From Bacteriovoracaceae bacterium (GTDB lineage Bacteria > Bdellovibrionota > Bacteriovoracia > Bacteriovoracales > Bacteriovoracaceae), in the NCBI GenBank assembly GCA_048270185.1, contig JBLWTJ010000001.1, positions 1,088,001-1,152,000 on the forward strand: a stretch of DNA of 64,000 nt. Reading direction: 5' to 3'. Under the pieces are notes generated by a model that saw only the letters and a list, made by a program, of their open reading frames with translations, made no database searches and was not told where the DNA came from. The position numbers and the translations under genes are program-made. Of this stretch, positions 48,586 through 58,104 are shown piece by piece. The first letter of the stretch is position 1; each line of letters starts with the position of its first letter.

Positions 48586-49691
48586 CCGATACCAAAGTTA
48601 ACTTCTTCAGATTCACCAGTTTTAGCAGCATTTGTACGCTTAGTGAAATCTGCTTTGAAAGCAACCTTATCAAGTGGCTTATACATAAGACCAGCAGTTA
48701 AGTTTTCTTTGTCGTTAGCTTTATCAGCTGTTCCAACAGCAGCATCAACTTCATCTTGAGTGTTGAAAGATTCATATCTTACATATGGCATGATTGCATA
48801 ACTCTTACCGTGAGTTACGTTATATGAAAGATCAACATAGTAACCTTGCATAACATCAGCAACAACACCACCTGAAACATCAGAGAATGCTTTACCATCA
48901 AGAGTTGAGTAAACATAAAGAACTTTAGCAGTTAGACCTTTAAAGTTATATGTTGCATGCACATCGTAAATATTGTGTTCTGCTTGAGCATCACCATTTG
49001 TAGTTCCCATATAAAGAGAAGCACCAAGATCTAGACCAAAGTCAAAACCGTAATCAACACGTGCAACGTGTGACCAGTGACCAGCAACGGCCTTTGCACC
49101 TTTTTGACGGCCATCACGAACACCTGTCGCGCTAAAACCTTTTCCGTCAGCAGTGCTCCATCCCTCAAGAGAGTTCATGAAGTAGTACTTGTAATCAAGG
49201 TTCTTCCAAGTACCATAGATTCCAATACCGTTTTCACGCATAGTCGTTGGGATAATCTTTGACTCTAGCTCTGGACGCTTAACACCAATAAAACGAGTTG
49301 GCTCGTGCTCAAGGTTAACAATCCCAAGTGGTGATAGAAGTAGACCAGCTTTGAAGTTTAACATTTCGTTATGAGAGTAACGAATCTCTGCAAACTCAGT
49401 GTAGATTTCATTGGCGTGCTCAATTTCGATTTCAGTCATGAATGACCACTTATCGCTAAATTGATAACCAACATATAGTACGTTTCTTAGAGTATCCCAT
49501 TGAGCACTACTTTCAGAATTGTCAGTAAAGATAACTTCACCATAACCACCAAGGCTTACTTTAGATGAAAGTCCCTTTGATTGAATATTTTGTACTTCTT
49601 TCGTTAGAATATTAATTCTTCTTTCTAACTCTTGTGTTGTTGCAGCACTTACAGTGGCCGTAGCAAGCAACATAATAAACAACTTCTTCAT
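48573..49691 (-). CDS. Outer-membrane porin (OprO/P-like) with N-terminal coiled coil
   Basis: Signal peptide, LGGYGE, YVGYQFSD..EIEIEHA, HEPT.F.GV.RP, C-terminal GIGWEY. Confidence 0.8.
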   Translation of the reverse strand: MKKLFIMLLATATVSAATTQELERRINILTKEVQNIQSKGLSSKVSLGGYGEVIFTDNSESSAQWDTLRNVLYVGYQFSDKWSFMTEIEIEHANEIYTEFAEIRYSHNEMLNFKAGLLLSPLGIVNLEHEPTRFIGVKRPELESKIIPTTMRENGIGIYGTWKNLDYKYYFMNSLEGWSTADGKGFSATGVRDGRQKGAKAVAGHWSHVARVDYGFDFGLDLGASLYMGTTNGDAQAEHNIYDVHATYNFKGLTAKVLYVYSTLDGKAFSDVSGGVVADVMQGYYVDLSYNVTHGKSYAIMPYVRYESFNTQDEVDAAVGTADKANDKENLTAGLMYKPLDKVAFKADFTKRTNAAKTGESEEVNFGIGWEY

Positions 49692-49711
49692 TTGTTCTCC
49701 TATTACTAGTA

Positions 49712-49731
49712 TTGTTTGAAATATCGAACAA
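49712..49731. promoter_or_regulatory. Imperfect palindrome, putative repressor operator for the porin operon
   Basis: TTGTTTGA-aata-TCGAACAA (7/8 match), 20-40 nt upstream of the porin start. Confidence 0.5.
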
Positions 49732-49769
49732 ATGGTAAAGGTATCTAACTAAAAGGTCAAGAATGTTAT

Positions 49770-50687
49770 CTATTTTCTCGAGGCACCACGCTCAAGAATG
49801 AAGACGAAGAAGAAGCCAATTACTATTAGAGCAACGGCAATCATATCGTCAGTTCCAAGCGAGCTTGGAAAATAAAGTGCTTCGGAAAGAATTTTTGTTT
49901 TGCCGCGAACCACAATCGAGTCAGTAACTTGTCTCCATGGCCAAACTTTTGAAAGTGTTCCAAGAAGAATTCCTAAAAGAAAACTCATGGTACGATTTTT
50001 AAAGTGAGACATGCAGTAGTTTAAAACCTTTGAGAAGCTTAGAAGCCCCGTTAAAGCTCCACAAGCAAAGACAGCAATTATGACTAAGGCACCTTCTTGA
50101 AAAGGATTTTTGATTGCTCCAGTAATGAACTCATACTTACCTAAAATAAGCATTAAGAATGATCCCGAAATTCCAGGAAGAATCATGGCCGTAATACCGA
50201 TAAGCCCACAAATAAAAATAAACCATGGTGCTTCTGGCGTATCAACAGGAACAAGTTGTGTCACAAGATACCCAAGAACAGTACCAGCAACTACCATCAA
50301 AAGGTTCATTGGATTTTTTCGATCATCAAGATCACTTGCAATAACAATGATCGATGATGAAATTAAGCCAAGAAATAATCCCCAAGTTGGCACCGGATGA
50401 TAATTAATTAAATAATGCATAAGACGAGCTAGAGAAAAGATTGCTCCGAGAATCCCTACAGCTAAAGGAATGAGAAATTTTAAATCAATTAGCTCACTAA
50501 CTCTTTTGAAATTAAGTTTAAGTGCAGCAAAGACTAATTCTTTATTAATAGCTGCTACAGTTGCAAGAAGTTTATCATATATCCCGGTTATGAAAGCGAT
50601 TGTACCACCAGATACACCAGGGATTAAATCGGCCATCCCCATTAAAAAACCCTTAAGGAAGATGACCACGATTGATTTATTTATCAT
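49770..50687 (-). CDS. DUF368 protein (undecaprenyl-phosphate translocase family)
   Basis: GMADLIPGVSGGTIA and AMILPGISGS repeats. Confidence 0.92.
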   Translation of the reverse strand: MINKSIVVIFLKGFLMGMADLIPGVSGGTIAFITGIYDKLLATVAAINKELVFAALKLNFKRVSELIDLKFLIPLAVGILGAIFSLARLMHYLINYHPVPTWGLFLGLISSSIIVIASDLDDRKNPMNLLMVVAGTVLGYLVTQLVPVDTPEAPWFIFICGLIGITAMILPGISGSFLMLILGKYEFITGAIKNPFQEGALVIIAVFACGALTGLLSFSKVLNYCMSHFKNRTMSFLLGILLGTLSKVWPWRQVTDSIVVRGKTKILSEALYFPSSLGTDDMIAVALIVIGFFFVFILERGASRK

Positions 50688-50702
50688 TACTATAACTCTT
50701 TA

Positions 50703-53249
50703 TTAGTTTTCTTGATTTTCTTGTGCTTCTTCTTTTGCAAATGGAGTATCTTCCCAGTCAACAGAGTGTTTACACTCAGGACATTGAAGTTGTTTTCCCC
50801 ATCTCTTCGTTTCTTTCACACCCATGACTCCAAAACCACAAGCAGGACAGTCCATAACTTTTGGCTCGTTCCACAGTGCTGTTTCACATTCTGGATAATT
50901 CGTACAACCGTAGAAGATTTTACCGTAACGAGATTTTTTCTCAGCGAATTTACCAACCTTACACTTTGGACAAGTCACATCAATTGTATATGGAAGCGTT
51001 GTTTCACATTTTGGATATTCTTCACAACGAACGAAGCGTCCGAATTTTCCCTTCTTAACTTCAAGACGCTTGCCACAAGTTGGACATGGATCTCTAAACC
51101 AATCTTTTGGTAGAATTTCAATATGTCCATCAAGATGCTTTTTAAAGTCATGAGTTGAAGTACAATCAGGATAGTTTCGACAAGCAAGGAATTGACCGTT
51201 ACGTCCCCATTTAATAAGGTACTCACCGTCTTCACATTTTTCACAGTGAATCCCCGTTGGGATCTCTTGCTTTTTAAGGTTCTTCATTTCTTCTTTGGCT
51301 TTTTCAAGTGTCTTTTCAAACCCTTGCCAAAATTCTTTTAGAACCTTCTTCCACTTTATATCGCCTTCTTCGATTTTATCGAGAAGCTTTTCAACGTTTG
51401 CCGTAAAGGCTACGTCCATCACATCTGGAAAAGATTCAATAAGCATTTTACAAACAACTGTTCCAAGTTCAGTTGACATAAAACGATTTTCAACCTTTTC
51501 AACATATCCGCGATCTTGAATATTTGAAATAATCGAAGCATATGTCGATGGTCGCCCAATACCCTTTTCTTCAAGAGTCTTAACAAGAGAAGCTTCATTA
51601 TATCTTGGCGGAGGTGCAGTCCAGTGCTCGACCTCAGTAGGTCCAGATTTGGCCATCATTGCTTCACCAACATCAATTAATGGTAGCTCGCCTGTTGCCT
51701 TCGCTGTATCGTTATCATCATCGTCATCATTTCCGCCTCGACGAGATGCTTTCTCTGCAGCTGCTTCCATGTAAACAGTTCTGAAACCTGGGAATTTAAT
51801 AATTGACCCATTGGCCTTAAAGAAATGACCTTCACACTCAAAAGTTACAGCTGTTTGATCAATAACAGCTTGGCTCATTTGAGATGAAATAAATTTATTC
51901 CAAATAAGCTCATATAATTTTTGCTCATCTGGCTCTAGATCTCCCCTAAGTTGATTAGGAGTATATTCTAACGAAGTTGGTCTAATGGCCTCGTGGGCAT
52001 CTTGAACCTTACTACTTCCTTTCTTCTTATATTCAATTGGCTCAGGAGATAGGTACTGTTCACCATATTGATCTTTTACATATTCACGTAGAGCATTTAA
52101 TGATTCAGGCTCAGTTCTAACAGAGTCTGTTCTCATATATGTAATTAAACCGACAGTTCCAAAGTCAGTTGTTGCAATCCCCTCATAGAGTCTTTGCGCA
52201 ACCATCATTGTTCTCTTGGCCGTAAATCCTAATTTATTAGCAGCTTCCTGTTGAAGCTTTGAAGTTGTAAATGGTGGCGTCGGGTTTTGTTTTCTTTCAC
52301 GTTTTTTAACGTCAATTACTTCAAATTCTTTACCATTAACATCTTTTACGATCTGCTTTGTAAAAGCTTCATCTGTAAGTTCTGTTTTCTTTTTGGCATC
52401 TTCACCGTAGTATTTAATTTCAAAAAGTTTTCCATCTTTTTCCATATCACCGTGGATTGAGAACCACTGTTCAGGAACGAAGGCCTTAATTTCATCTTCT
52501 CTTTCAACGATAATTCTTAGAGCAACTGATTGAACACGACCAGCTGAAATCCCACGCTGAACTTTGTCCCATAGGATTGGAGAAATCTTATATCCCACGA
52601 GACGATCGAGTACACGGCGAGTCTTTTGAGCATCATACATATTTACATTTAGCTCAACAGGATTTTCGACGGCCTTTGTAACAGCTGTCTTTGTAACGGC
52701 ATTAAAAATAACTCGTCTAATTTTCTTACGCTTACCAATTTCTTCAGCAAGGTGAAATGCGATGGCCTCCCCTTCACGGTCCAAGTCGGGTGCGAGGAAG
52801 ATTTCGTTGGCATCTTTTGCGAGTTCTTGAATTCTTTCGATCTTTGCTTGCTTTCCTGCAATAGGAACAAGGTCAATTTCAAAATTCTCTTTGATATCGA
52901 CACCTAGTTTTGACTTAGGTAGGTCTTTGATATGCCCGTTAGAGGCTACAACTTGAAAACCTCGTCCTAGGTACTTTTTAATAGTTTTAGCTTTTGAAGG
53001 TGACTCCACGATGACTAGCTTGTAGTCTTTGTCTTTAACGGATTTGGCAGAGGCTTTCTTTGTCGTCTTCTTTGCAGTTTTCTTAGCAGTTTTTTTGGAC
53101 GCTTTCTTTGTAACCTTTTTCTTTGCCGTTTTTTTCTTAGTGGTTTTCTTTTTGCTTGTTGCTTTCTTTGCTGCTTTTTTCGAGGCCTTCTTAGAGGCAG
53201 CTTTTGTTGCAGCTTCACTCACAACTTCTGTCTGTGCCATGATGCTCAC
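50703..53249 (-). CDS. topA: DNA topoisomerase I (type IA) with Lys/Ala-rich N-terminal extension and four zinc ribbons
   Basis: LVIVESPSKAKTI, DLDREGEAI, SAGRVQS, ITYMRTDS, AHEAIRPT, GIGRPST. Confidence 0.98.
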   Translation of the reverse strand: MSIMAQTEVVSEAATKAASKKASKKAAKKATSKKKTTKKKTAKKKVTKKASKKTAKKTAKKTTKKASAKSVKDKDYKLVIVESPSKAKTIKKYLGRGFQVVASNGHIKDLPKSKLGVDIKENFEIDLVPIAGKQAKIERIQELAKDANEIFLAPDLDREGEAIAFHLAEEIGKRKKIRRVIFNAVTKTAVTKAVENPVELNVNMYDAQKTRRVLDRLVGYKISPILWDKVQRGISAGRVQSVALRIIVEREDEIKAFVPEQWFSIHGDMEKDGKLFEIKYYGEDAKKKTELTDEAFTKQIVKDVNGKEFEVIDVKKRERKQNPTPPFTTSKLQQEAANKLGFTAKRTMMVAQRLYEGIATTDFGTVGLITYMRTDSVRTEPESLNALREYVKDQYGEQYLSPEPIEYKKKGSSKVQDAHEAIRPTSLEYTPNQLRGDLEPDEQKLYELIWNKFISSQMSQAVIDQTAVTFECEGHFFKANGSIIKFPGFRTVYMEAAAEKASRRGGNDDDDDNDTAKATGELPLIDVGEAMMAKSGPTEVEHWTAPPPRYNEASLVKTLEEKGIGRPSTYASIISNIQDRGYVEKVENRFMSTELGTVVCKMLIESFPDVMDVAFTANVEKLLDKIEEGDIKWKKVLKEFWQGFEKTLEKAKEEMKNLKKQEIPTGIHCEKCEDGEYLIKWGRNGQFLACRNYPDCTSTHDFKKHLDGHIEILPKDWFRDPCPTCGKRLEVKKGKFGRFVRCEEYPKCETTLPYTIDVTCPKCKVGKFAEKKSRYGKIFYGCTNYPECETALWNEPKVMDCPACGFGVMGVKETKRWGKQLQCPECKHSVDWEDTPFAKEEAQENQEN

Positions 53250-53260
53250 TTACTCCTAGT

Positions 53261-53287
53261 AAAAAACAAGGCGCGTTAGAACGCGCC
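53261..53287 (-). terminator. Intrinsic terminator after the LysM gene, abutting the topA SD
   Basis: Minus strand GGCGCGT-tcta-ACGCGCC-TTGTTTTTT. Confidence 0.75.
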
Positions 53288-53321
53288 CTTCATATCTTAA
53301 CATATTTTTTGCTAGCATAGA

Positions 53322-55529
53322 TTAATTTGAGTCACTATTCAATAGTTCTTCAATTTCTTCGATGTCATAAGGTGTCAATCCGTACGGGTTCTCTTTACTG
53401 TTGAGATCCTCATCAATGTACTTAAGCCCTTCTTTCGCTTCAATTTCATTCATTGAAGGAAGTGCATCTGGATTCTTCGACTTAACGCCCTTCTCTAGTA
53501 GGTTCAAGTCTTGACGCTCTAAGTAAGTATCTTCGTCGATCTTCTGTTCATTAAGCTTCGTTTCAGCTTCGATCAGTTCTTGTTCAAGTTTTTCAAGCTC
53601 TTTTAAGTCTCGGGCCTGTTCTTTAATGATCGATTTCTCTCTTTCTTGTCTCTCTAACTCTTCAAGCTCATCTTCTTCAATGCGGATCTCATCAACTTGT
53701 TTCAGAAGATCTTCACCAAGATTATCAAGATTAAGCTCCACATCAAGTTCTTCAAGGGCAAGGTTCTCTTGTTTGCCAAGATTTTTTGCACGAGAGTTAT
53801 TACGTAATTGTTCGGCCATCTTTGCACTGGCTTCCGATTTCGTTAGAGCAATATTTCCAAGCTCCATACTGTCATTACTATATGAGATAACGGCCGTCGC
53901 AAAATTATCAGTTACAGTAACAACTGTTGCCTCACCTTTTACATAAGTAGGCTGCGAACTAATTCTCTTTCCTGTTCCTTGGTCCATAAAAGAATAGATT
54001 TCAAAAACATTCCCAAGTTCAACACCGTCAACACGTCCTCGATCAAGATAGACAACATCACCAAGAGATAGTCCTCTTGTTTGAGCTTTGTATGAGCCGA
54101 TTAAGGCAGCTTCAATTCGACGTGTATTATATGTTTTAAAAATCTTAGCAATTTTTGGGGTATAGACAGTGATTCTCTCACCTCTTTCGATAACACCAGT
54201 AATTTCAGTGATATCAACTTCCCACTTATTATCTTCCATCTCACGAGTAGTTTTAACCTGACCCAAGATTGTATAACGTAAACCTTCACGATCTGAAATA
54301 TCGTGGGAAACCTTTCCTTCTGGTTTATAGATAGAGAATTGATCCCCCGGTCTTACCTGTACCGACTTATCAAATTTAATATAGGCTTTTTGTTTTGCAT
54401 TAACAAAAACGGCCTCATCTCTCTTATCAGAAATAAACCCAAGGTCTTGGATATGATTTGTCGAAAGGAAAGTATTTAAGAAGAAGCCTTGAGAAACAGT
54501 TACTTCTTTCTTCTCGATTGAAGAAACTCCATTTTCATCATATTCATCACTTGGCTCTTCAATAATAATTGAAGTCATCGGCGGAGCATATTTCTTATAA
54601 TCGGTATTAAGCTCAACTTGAGTCATCGAAAGAACATCATCATATGTTGATTCTGTTAGAGATTGAAAGAAGGCACCCTTACTAACAAGATTTCTTCTCT
54701 CTTTTAACCAGTCTGATTTAATATCTTCACCGTAACTAGAAAATGCCCCTGAAGAAGCTACATTAATTGACTTCTGAACAGATGGATCTTGCTCGGATTC
54801 AAAACTTCCAAGTACAACATTTGGTAGAGATGACTCATTACCAGTAGAGAAGACAAGAACTTGTCCTGGCTCAATCTCATGTGGATTTGTAATCTGTGGG
54901 TTCATCGACCAAATTTTTGAATAATAGAAACCTGATCCAAAAAGATTTTGTGAAATCTTCCATAACCAGTCCCCTTCTTGGACAACATACTTATCAACTT
55001 TTGCTGCTGTTGCAAGTTCATTCCATTCTTCATCGGGAATCTTCTTTTCAACAAATTTAGCTAATTCAAGAAGCTCTTTTTCTTCACGTCCAACATTGAA
55101 TAAATTCTTATCAACCTGAACTTTCTGATCACTAACATTTTGATTTTGCCCTTTTGATGGCTCAACGATCTCAACATCGTTCTCCTTAGGCTGCTCTTGC
55201 ATTTCTTTAGCGAGAATATCAATTTCTTCAATATCAGTAGCATTCTCTAAATTATTTTCTTCAATCTTCTTTTGATTTTCTTGCGTCAAAGACTCTTCAC
55301 CAGGAAGAGTTTTCTTTTGGTCACTCTTAATTGAGTTTAATTCATCTGTTAAAACTTCTTCACTAACATCTGTTTGTTGAGGTTGATCTGTCTCTTCCTC
55401 TAATAACATAAGAAGGTCTTTATCATCTAAAAGCTCTAAGTCTTTTAAATCATCTTGCGCGTGAATAAAGTTAATATTCATTAATAGCGAGATAATACAG
55501 AATAGAAGTTTCAGATTTTTTCTTTTCAA
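53322..55529 (-). CDS. TsaP-like LysM peptidoglycan-binding protein with acidic extensions
   Basis: YVVQEGDWLWKIS..IWSMNPQITNPHEIEPG; GDVVYLDRG.DG..G C-terminal domain. Confidence 0.75.
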   Translation of the reverse strand: MKRKNLKLLFCIISLLMNINFIHAQDDLKDLELLDDKDLLMLLEEETDQPQQTDVSEEVLTDELNSIKSDQKKTLPGEESLTQENQKKIEENNLENATDIEEIDILAKEMQEQPKENDVEIVEPSKGQNQNVSDQKVQVDKNLFNVGREEKELLELAKFVEKKIPDEEWNELATAAKVDKYVVQEGDWLWKISQNLFGSGFYYSKIWSMNPQITNPHEIEPGQVLVFSTGNESSLPNVVLGSFESEQDPSVQKSINVASSGAFSSYGEDIKSDWLKERRNLVSKGAFFQSLTESTYDDVLSMTQVELNTDYKKYAPPMTSIIIEEPSDEYDENGVSSIEKKEVTVSQGFFLNTFLSTNHIQDLGFISDKRDEAVFVNAKQKAYIKFDKSVQVRPGDQFSIYKPEGKVSHDISDREGLRYTILGQVKTTREMEDNKWEVDITEITGVIERGERITVYTPKIAKIFKTYNTRRIEAALIGSYKAQTRGLSLGDVVYLDRGRVDGVELGNVFEIYSFMDQGTGKRISSQPTYVKGEATVVTVTDNFATAVISYSNDSMELGNIALTKSEASAKMAEQLRNNSRAKNLGKQENLALEELDVELNLDNLGEDLLKQVDEIRIEEDELEELERQEREKSIIKEQARDLKELEKLEQELIEAETKLNEQKIDEDTYLERQDLNLLEKGVKSKNPDALPSMNEIEAKEGLKYIDEDLNSKENPYGLTPYDIEEIEELLNSDSN

Positions 55530-55537
55530 GACGGCCC

Positions 55538-56275
55538 TTACGCTTCCCCAAAGAAGTCATGTAGTATTGAGTAATACTGTTCTTTCTTCTTTGTTAATTT
55601 AAGTTTATCTGTACAAACAATAAGACGACCTAGACTTTTTATAACAAGTCCAGAGAATGCATGTTGTCTTAGAATCTCTTCATAAAGTTGCATTGAAAGA
55701 TCGTATTCTTTTTGACCAAATAGCATTTCAGCAAGATAGAACTTCGCTCTTACTTTAATTTGGCTATGTTTTGAGTTTTCTAGATCTTTTAAAATTGTTA
55801 ATGATTGATCCAAACGATTTTGAGCAAGTAGCCCTTCAACCTGTTTTAAAAGATTTAACTCTTTTTGTAGTTGAAGATCATTTGTTTGTTCTTCTTTTCT
55901 TTGAGCAACAACTTCATTGGCAAAAACATCAACTGTTTCTGCAACATTGTTTCCTCTTGCATCCTGGAGTTCATCCATCATAGCAAGTTGCACCTGCTCA
56001 TCACTTGCACCACTTGTATTCTTTGTTGATTTATACTGATCAACAAGGCTTGGAGCACTTGTGCCCTTTAATAATTTTTCATACTTATCAAGAAGCTGAT
56101 CGTACTGCGCCTTTGGTACCATTTGTGATTTGGCATCGATTGCAACCTTCTCTTCTGAAGAGCCGCCCTCTTCATCAAATAGAGCTTTTCTCTCTCCTAG
56201 CATCGAACAAGAAGATGTTAATAGAGTAAGAAATAATATTGAACTGAGTGGAAATCTCATCCTGAAATCTTTCAC
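55538..56275 (-). CDS. TPR lipoprotein (CpoB/YbgF-like)
   Basis: TSSC lipobox; AKFYLAEMLF..Y..SMQLYEEI TPR. Confidence 0.7.
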   Translation of the reverse strand: MKDFRMRFPLSSILFLTLLTSSCSMLGERKALFDEEGGSSEEKVAIDAKSQMVPKAQYDQLLDKYEKLLKGTSAPSLVDQYKSTKNTSGASDEQVQLAMMDELQDARGNNVAETVDVFANEVVAQRKEEQTNDLQLQKELNLLKQVEGLLAQNRLDQSLTILKDLENSKHSQIKVRAKFYLAEMLFGQKEYDLSMQLYEEILRQHAFSGLVIKSLGRLIVCTDKLKLTKKKEQYYSILHDFFGEA

Positions 56276-56417
56276 TTATAGTCCTCCATGACATTTATAA
56301 AAGAGTGGCCTTTAATAATATTTTAAGATACAAAGCATTTAAGTCAATGAAATTTCGTGCATAGGCAAAGTCTTCCAAGGATTTTTGCCCAATAAAAACA
56401 TATTAGTAGAGTATTTT

Positions 56418-56645
56418 ATGAGTGATGTATTTAAAACAATTGTTCGTGTCCCTAAGAAAGAATCGGCCTATTTTTATTTCCAACTCGAGGCCAATGAAGG
56501 TCTATGTTTCTACTCAACTATCGAAGGCGACAAGCACGAAGGCCACCGCGACATTATCGTTCAATGCCACCCAAGTCTCGAACCAGAAGTTAAACAACTT
56601 TTAGCTAAACTTGGACAAGAAATCGAGCTTCAGTTTATCGACTAA
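56418..56645 (+). CDS. Small DUF4911-like protein
   Basis: Start MSDVFK; YF.F.LEANEGL.F.ST pattern. Confidence 0.6.
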   Translation: MSDVFKTIVRVPKKESAYFYFQLEANEGLCFYSTIEGDKHEGHRDIIVQCHPSLEPEVKQLLAKLGQEIELQFID

Positions 56646-56728
56646 TATTTTGACAGGGGTAGGAATTCTTCCAACTTTGCCCCTCCCATAAGCAATAAAT
56701 GTTACTAATCTCCTCAAATTTATAATAA

Positions 56729-58093
56729 ATGAGGAGAGATATTATGAGCAGTGCTCTAAAAAGAATGGCCACCACTACCCTATGTGTTGTCGCCTGCCTT
56801 CAAATGGCTTCATGTAAAGTCGTCACAAATAAAGGCATCAATAATCACTTCAATGATTTAAAACAATCAATCACTGATTCTCATAAACTTGAAATGGCAA
56901 ATGAGCTACAAGTTAAGGCCGAAAAGATAGCCAAGCTTATCAACCGTGCTCCAAAGCTTGAAACTTGGACAGACTCAAAACAAAGATATGGATCAAAAGA
57001 TCGTACTCGCCGAGTGCGCACAGTTGAAAAGTATAACGAGAGTAAGGCCAAGATTAGAGCTTGGATGGGTGAAGTTAAGCAATTAACCATGGATATCCAT
57101 GCCATCACTTATGAAGCTGGAAAGAATTCATACCTTAAAGACGAAACAAATCGACTTGTGAATACTCCAGAACAAATGTCACAGAACGAAGTTCTTGCTC
57201 TCTACTCTCTTACATACCTGAGAAACCTGAGTGATGGTTATACTAAGAGATCAATTGGTTATATCGAACAACTTTCAAAAAAGAATATGCAGCGTTTTAC
57301 TGAAAATGATGAAGAGTTCAAGTTAGAAGTTCTCCAACAACATATGGCCTATATCGGGATGATGAAGATCATTGATAACGATGCGGCCAAAACACTGACT
57401 AAGCTTAAGGCCATGAGAGATGGAAATATTCTTGCTCCTGCCATTAGTGAGAATATCTCTAATCTTTTAAATACTGGAAAAGAAGCTAATGCACAAAAAC
57501 TAGAGCGCTTTAATGACTACAAGAAAGAAGCATTAACTCAAGAACAAAGAGAACAATTTGAAAAAGCTCGTCTTTCTTATGAGAAGACATTTGGAAAGAA
57601 GTCACTTCTCTTTGATCCGGCAAACCCAGATCACCCGCTTATGCACCTATTTGTTATTTCTTCAAACCTATCATGGGGTTTAATTAATACAATGGTTGGT
57701 GGAGCATTTGTTGCGACAAAGGTTCTACTTGTTCCAATTAGCCGCGGGGTAAACCTATTCTTAAGATTCCTAGAATCAGTTACTCCATACTACTTCTACA
57801 AGATGTATGAATTTAATCTACCAAGAATTAAAATTTCACGCTCGAAAATGCAAATCTACGCAGACGTTTGTGGACTTGGAATTGTACCAGGAAAAATGTC
57901 AGCAGGTCTTTTTGAACTAGACTTCTGCTCTGGCTATAACTTCGCCTCAGGTCACGAAGCAGGTCATGCCAAGCAATCAGCACTACTAGGCCCTCTTTAC
58001 TTCCCTGCTGCCATCCTTTCATACGCACTTGTTGGCGGACACGGTGGATTCATCGAAACATGGGCAGATATTTGGTCAGCACACTACCACTAG
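56729..58093 (+). CDS. Exported lipoprotein with C-terminal HExxH zincin-like domain
   Basis: MASC lipobox-like; HEAGHAKQSALLGPLY...ETWAD. Confidence 0.7.
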   Translation: MRRDIMSSALKRMATTTLCVVACLQMASCKVVTNKGINNHFNDLKQSITDSHKLEMANELQVKAEKIAKLINRAPKLETWTDSKQRYGSKDRTRRVRTVEKYNESKAKIRAWMGEVKQLTMDIHAITYEAGKNSYLKDETNRLVNTPEQMSQNEVLALYSLTYLRNLSDGYTKRSIGYIEQLSKKNMQRFTENDEEFKLEVLQQHMAYIGMMKIIDNDAAKTLTKLKAMRDGNILAPAISENISNLLNTGKEANAQKLERFNDYKKEALTQEQREQFEKARLSYEKTFGKKSLLFDPANPDHPLMHLFVISSNLSWGLINTMVGGAFVATKVLLVPISRGVNLFLRFLESVTPYYFYKMYEFNLPRIKISRSKMQIYADVCGLGIVPGKMSAGLFELDFCSGYNFASGHEAGHAKQSALLGPLYFPAAILSYALVGGHGGFIETWADIWSAHYH

Positions 58094-58104
58094 GATTTAC
58101 TTAA

